Virus genome (UHGV): UHGV-1667981
Length of the DNA: 18,367 nucleotides
Strand: one strand, 5' to 3'
Source: a virus
Shown: in pieces, positions 14,911 to 18,367 of the stretch
Layout: every line of letters starts with the position of its first letter
Numbering within the stretch: position 1 is the stretch's first letter
Notes under the pieces: model-generated
Database searches by the model: none
Told to the model about the DNA's origin: nothing
The model's input: only the letters and a program-made list of their open reading frames with translations
Program-made: the position numbers and the translations under genes

Positions 14911-15075
14911 ATGTTCAAATTCAAATTTGCGGCAGTCGTTCGCACAGACAAAAAGTCACACATCCATCATCTTTCCACCATCGCGTCATCTGAACGGGAA
15001 GCTCGTCGCCAGTTCGCCAGCCGGTTTGTCCTGGTATTGTCTGCCCGTATTCCGGTGCGCGAGGTGGCTGCATGA
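14911..15075 (+). CDS. Small protein (54 aa), first gene of the antirepressor operon; possibly Icd-like
   Basis: ORF 14875..15075(+); ATG 14911 preceded by AAGAG with 8-nt spacer. Stop overlaps the next gene's start (ATGA). Icd-like role is a guess from operon position. Confidence 0.45.
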   Translation: MFKFKFAAVVRTDKKSHIHHLSTIASSEREARRQFASRFVLVLSARIPVREVAA

Positions 15076-15305
15076 ATCAGGTAAAAATGAACACTGTTGG
15101 CCTGCTGGAATCGTTGGATGAACGTCTGGCTCAGGTCTATGCGCTTGTGTCATCCGCCCATCGTACAGTCTCCAGCTGTGAGGCGTCGATTTATCTCTCA
15201 GAAGCCGGGAAGCTCCTTCAAATTGCGTGTGAGTTGACACACAAAGCACAGGGGTATTCAGCATCTCTCTCGTCGCAATTGCAGCACAATAAGGAGGCCA
15301 AATGA
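15072..15305 (+). CDS. Hypothetical protein (77 aa), second gene of the antirepressor operon
   Basis: ORF track 15072..15305(+); GAGGTGG SD upstream; ATGA overlaps at both ends indicate translational coupling. Confidence 0.55.
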   Translation: MNQVKMNTVGLLESLDERLAQVYALVSSAHRTVSSCEASIYLSEAGKLLQIACELTHKAQGYSASLSSQLQHNKEAK

Positions 15306-16084
15306 GCGCGTTAGCTGTATTTTCGTTTCAGGAAGAGCATCAGGTTCGTGTAGTGATGATTAACGGCGATCCGTGGTTTGTAGCGGCTGATGTTTGTAAT
15401 GCCATCGGGATTATCAATCATCGTGATGCTGTTGGTAAGTTGGATGAAGACGAAAAGGGGGTCGGTTCAACAGACACCCTTGGAGGTAAACAGGGAGTGA
15501 CAATTATTAACGAATCCGGCCTCTATACCCTAATCCTCCGCTGCCGTGACGCGGTGAAGCAAGGCACAACAGCTTGGCGGTTTCGCAAATGGGTAACGAA
15601 CGAAGTCTTGCCCTCTATTCGCAAAAATGGAGAGTACGTTTACGTCGAGCCAGAGCCAATGCGAGCAGCAGAGCCGTTGAACTGGAGGCAGAAAGAGTAT
15701 CTGCGAGGGCTGATTAACGATATTGCACAAAGTTTTCAATACCGAAATGCCTGGATTAGCGGTGTATGGTTGGCTTTGCGTCGGGCGTGTCGTAATCCAT
15801 CCCCGAACCCCATAACTGTTGATGATTTGCCAGCAATTACGGCAGAACTGCGCCGGATTTTGACGGCTGCTGAGTCGGCATTGGGGAACATGCGCACGTA
15901 TGAACGAGAGTTGTTGCGTGATGTTGTTCGTGGTGGTAGGCGGAGTATGTCGTGTGGTGATTTGCCCATCACCGATATCAACTCTGATCTGGAAAAGGCG
16001 TTACCCGCGCATTTTGAACTGGCAGTTCAAAAACTTGAGCAGTTGTCCGCGCAGCTAAAGCCAGCAGAAATCACCAATAAATAG
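15302..16084 (+). CDS. Prophage antirepressor with Bro-N/AntA-type N-terminal domain
   Basis: ORF 15302..16084(+), 260 aa; AAGGAGG SD. N-terminal motifs (GDPWFVAADVCNAIGI, LGGKQGVTIINESGLYTLILRC, WRFRKWVTNEVLPSIRKNGEY) match the Bro-N/AntA antirepressor domain as recalled. Confidence 0.8.
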   Translation: MSALAVFSFQEEHQVRVVMINGDPWFVAADVCNAIGIINHRDAVGKLDEDEKGVGSTDTLGGKQGVTIINESGLYTLILRCRDAVKQGTTAWRFRKWVTNEVLPSIRKNGEYVYVEPEPMRAAEPLNWRQKEYLRGLINDIAQSFQYRNAWISGVWLALRRACRNPSPNPITVDDLPAITAELRRILTAAESALGNMRTYERELLRDVVRGGRRSMSCGDLPITDINSDLEKALPAHFELAVQKLEQLSAQLKPAEITNK

Positions 16085-16221
16085 GGGTTGGCCAGCCCGA
16101 ATTCATGCCCTTCTTAGAGAGGGAAAGCTTCGCAGTCGGGGCGGTGATGTCTGTGGTTGCAGCCGCGTTTCCTCCGTTACTTCTGCCCTTTGCAGGGGGT
16201 GGGCGAGGCAGGCCACATAAC

Positions 16222-16246
16222 AAGGCACCGATTAATTCGGTGCCTT
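16222..16246. terminator. Hairpin between convergent antirepressor and protelomerase genes (9-bp stem, AATTAATT-like loop); probable bidirectional terminator
   Basis: aaggcaccg-attaatt-cggtgcctt; short T-runs on both sides. Confidence 0.45.
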
Positions 16247-16257
16247 TAACGTATGCT

Positions 16258-18177
16258 TTAGCCGAAATATGTCAGCCATGCTAACTGCATTGCTGACATG
16301 GGGCTGTTTGCACTGCCTGACCACGCATAATTCTGGCCATTATAATGAAACTCGACAACGTATGAGCCATCACCAATATTTCTCACTGGCTTAAATACCG
16401 GCTTAGATACAGGCGAAGAAGGTGCGGGTGGCTGCTGTTCTTCTACGCTTTCTTCCTCTTCCTCTTCCTCTTCCTCTTCCTCTTCCTCTTCCTCTATCTC
16501 AATTTCGTCGTCATCCAGATCGTCATCATCTGATAATTCATCCGCCTGTTCAGGTATTGCTTCCAGCTCTTCTTCGTCAGGCATAACGATTTCTGGAGTA
16601 TCTATTTTCAGCTGCCATTGTCCATTTTCGCCAACAAATTGCCCCAGAGCATCAGCAGCAAATTCCAGGTATCGACTAATCATTGTTGGGCTAAATTTGA
16701 ATGCTCTTAGCGTGCTGTTCGTGATTTTTATAGAGGGGTCCTGCTCTACCAGCTGCTTAACTGTGTTATGCAGACGAACCCCGGCATCTCCTCTGGCGAA
16801 TCCAGGCATTTCGTCATCAAGCTGCTGCAATGCTTCCAGCCTGGTATTTTCGTTTCCAGTATTTGGCCTCCATGTCTTTGAGAAGTTGGCCAGCTTGAAT
16901 TGCTTATAGTGTAATTGAGTGTTTTCATCGTCATGGCCTAAAATTTCCATAAAGAAAACATCCTCATCTACGTTTTTCCAACGAGGATCTACGCGGAAAA
17001 ACATTTCATACGCAATACGGGCATAAATAGCACGACTATCTTTATAAACACGGCGGTCATCTTTGAAAAATGATTTAACCCACGGGTTAAAAGCCTTTGC
17101 TAATATGGCATTAATACGTCCGTTTTCAGAGCGTGTGTCGTTATCTCCATAACCTTTAACGACATCATCAAAATCAGATGCTGCTGGGCATGATCGAAGT
17201 ACATTTATTAAATAAACAAATGTTTTTGCTTCGCATAATGTATATATTTTTCTGGTTATATCATCAGAAGTTCTTTTTTTAGCTTGGCCTAAAAAATCAA
17301 CGGTATACTTACCAGAAACAGTAAATGTACCTTGATACATAATCTCAATCATTCGTCTTCCTGACAATGCAGCAAGTGCAAATGCCAAAGGAGCCATACC
17401 TGAACGAGTGTTTAGATTATTTAATGTAGCAGGGCTATTTATAATATCGTAAATAGCTTGCATATATTTAGGGTAATCAATGACCACCACGTTACGTTTC
17501 TTATTGTGCAGAACGTCTGCCCATCGTTGCTGGATAGATGCGCGTTCGGCAGGGCTTAGTTGAAGATGATAGAGAATCTCATGGTTAACTTTTAGCTGAT
17601 TCAACTCCTCAAGCAAGGCAGATCCTTGCTGTAGTAATTTATATAAATAATCGCGCTTATCTTTCCAGTTATCGCTAGTTAAATCAGAAATGGCGAATTG
17701 CCACTCTTTATATTTATTTGATAATTTTAATAACTTATTATGACTTTTGTTATCACCAATTCTGATATTAGATAAATCTTCTGATAAAGGGAGAATTAAT
17801 TTTAATTTTGCCTGTAAAGCTGACATTCTCTGGCGAATATCGGCAGCAGGTAGAGAAAGCCATGATAATAGCTCCTCATTATATAAAGGATACTTTTCAG
17901 ATAGGCGATGTATATTTTTTTCAAAGCTATGATGAAGTTTATCATCAAACCGTTTTCTGGCCCTGCTCATATAGGTATTGAATGTGTTGGCTGTAATTCT
18001 TTTTTCTAATCCTTTCCCCCTAAACTTTCGCTTGTCATTAAATAATGCATTTTTAAATTTTAATGCAACAGCCTTTATTTTTTTTGTTTTTTCTCCTTGA
18101 GGACGGTCAGAGTTATCTATTGACTCAACATCGCTAACAAGTGAGTTTATTAATTCACCGATTTTTACTTTTCTCAT
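16258..18177 (-). CDS. telN: Protelomerase (telomere resolvase, TelN/TelK family)
   Basis: ORF 16258..18177(-), 639 aa; strong SD GGAGAGGAAAG upstream. Recognised from memory as closely resembling N15 TelN / phiKO2 TelK along its length (e.g. MRKVKIGELIN..., RSGMAPLAFALAALSGRRMIEI, ILGHDDENTQLHYKQF). Adjacent to a telomere-palindrome half-site at the window end. No alignment was run. Confidence 0.9.
   Translation of the reverse strand: MRKVKIGELINSLVSDVESIDNSDRPQGEKTKKIKAVALKFKNALFNDKRKFRGKGLEKRITANTFNTYMSRARKRFDDKLHHSFEKNIHRLSEKYPLYNEELLSWLSLPAADIRQRMSALQAKLKLILPLSEDLSNIRIGDNKSHNKLLKLSNKYKEWQFAISDLTSDNWKDKRDYLYKLLQQGSALLEELNQLKVNHEILYHLQLSPAERASIQQRWADVLHNKKRNVVVIDYPKYMQAIYDIINSPATLNNLNTRSGMAPLAFALAALSGRRMIEIMYQGTFTVSGKYTVDFLGQAKKRTSDDITRKIYTLCEAKTFVYLINVLRSCPAASDFDDVVKGYGDNDTRSENGRINAILAKAFNPWVKSFFKDDRRVYKDSRAIYARIAYEMFFRVDPRWKNVDEDVFFMEILGHDDENTQLHYKQFKLANFSKTWRPNTGNENTRLEALQQLDDEMPGFARGDAGVRLHNTVKQLVEQDPSIKITNSTLRAFKFSPTMISRYLEFAADALGQFVGENGQWQLKIDTPEIVMPDEEELEAIPEQADELSDDDDLDDDEIEIEEEEEEEEEEEEEEESVEEQQPPAPSSPVSKPVFKPVRNIGDGSYVVEFHYNGQNYAWSGSANSPMSAMQLAWLTYFG
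16448..16495. repeat. Hexanucleotide microsatellite (TTCCTC)x7 encoding a poly-Glu run in the protelomerase C-terminal region
   Basis: Seven perfect tandem TTCCTC units at 16454..16495 with partial flanking units; on the coding strand this is GAG/GAA giving EEEEEEEEEEEEEEEE. Confidence 0.9.
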
Positions 18178-18211
18178 CTTTCCTCTCCTGATTATTCGCT
18201 CGGATTATCGT

Positions 18212-18307
18212 AACACAATTTGAGAATAAGATAACTAATAACGCGTTAACTTAGCTACAAACTAACAGAACACAATAACGGATAGTAAACAAAAACACAA
18301 TATCGGA
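18212..18307. repeat. tos-like repeats upstream of the protelomerase gene: AACACAAT-containing direct repeats
   Basis: AACACAATAACGGA (18269..18282) and AACACAATATCGGA (18294..18307) are 14-bp direct repeats with one mismatch; AACACAAT also at 18212..18219; related GCACATAAT in the terminal half-site. Inverted CGGAAC/GTTCCG at 18304..18309 and 18333..18338. Confidence 0.5.
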
Positions 18308-18340
18308 ACGCTAAAAATTGTTCCTTGACTTTGTTCCGAA

Positions 18341-18367
18341 AATCAGCACATAATTCCCCATTATACG
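18341..18367. other. Telomere-resolution site half (telO-like): AATCAGCACATAATTCCCCATTATACG, ending at the palindrome centre
   Basis: The final 10 bases CCATTATACG are the left half of the N15 telO core CCATTATACGCGCGTATAATGG as recalled; the preceding ATCAGCACATAAT resembles the flanking N15 telRL arm. The window stops exactly where the palindrome would turn. Confidence 0.65.

Noticed and set aside
1-18367. CRISPR array, integrase/att site, transposase or IS element
   Set aside because: No spaced direct repeats typical of CRISPR, no integrase or transposase-like ORF and no terminal inverted repeats of an IS were seen. The only tyrosine-recombinase-like protein is the protelomerase.

Overview
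The window reads as the terminal ~18.4 kb of an N15-like linear phage-plasmid (a telomere phage), based on sequence reading and recalled family knowledge, with no database search run. From left to right: (1) a minus-strand late block with a DUF4406-like gene, Rz/Rz1 spanins, SAR-type endolysin, holin and a DNA methyltransferase; (2) a hairpin-rich control region; (3) a plus-strand HigB/HigA-like toxin-antitoxin insert; (4) a LexA-box-controlled small gene and a translationally coupled operon of unknown-function genes ending in a DEDDh exonuclease; (5) an immunity region with a Q-like candidate, Cro-like gene, operator repeats and a CI/CB-like repressor; (6) a 1331-aa primase-helicase (N15 RepA-type) with a candidate internal origin; (7) an antirepressor operon preceded by a structured candidate small-RNA/attenuator region; (8) a 639-aa protelomerase on the minus strand, followed by tos-like repeats and a sequence that ends exactly at the centre of a telomere-resolution palindrome. 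The most notable unexplained signal is an 18-bp palindrome (GTGCGACC-N2-GGTCGCAC) present three times, twice inside coding sequence, which resembles a SopB/ParB-type centromere site. No rRNA, tRNA, CRISPR array, integrase or transposase was seen.
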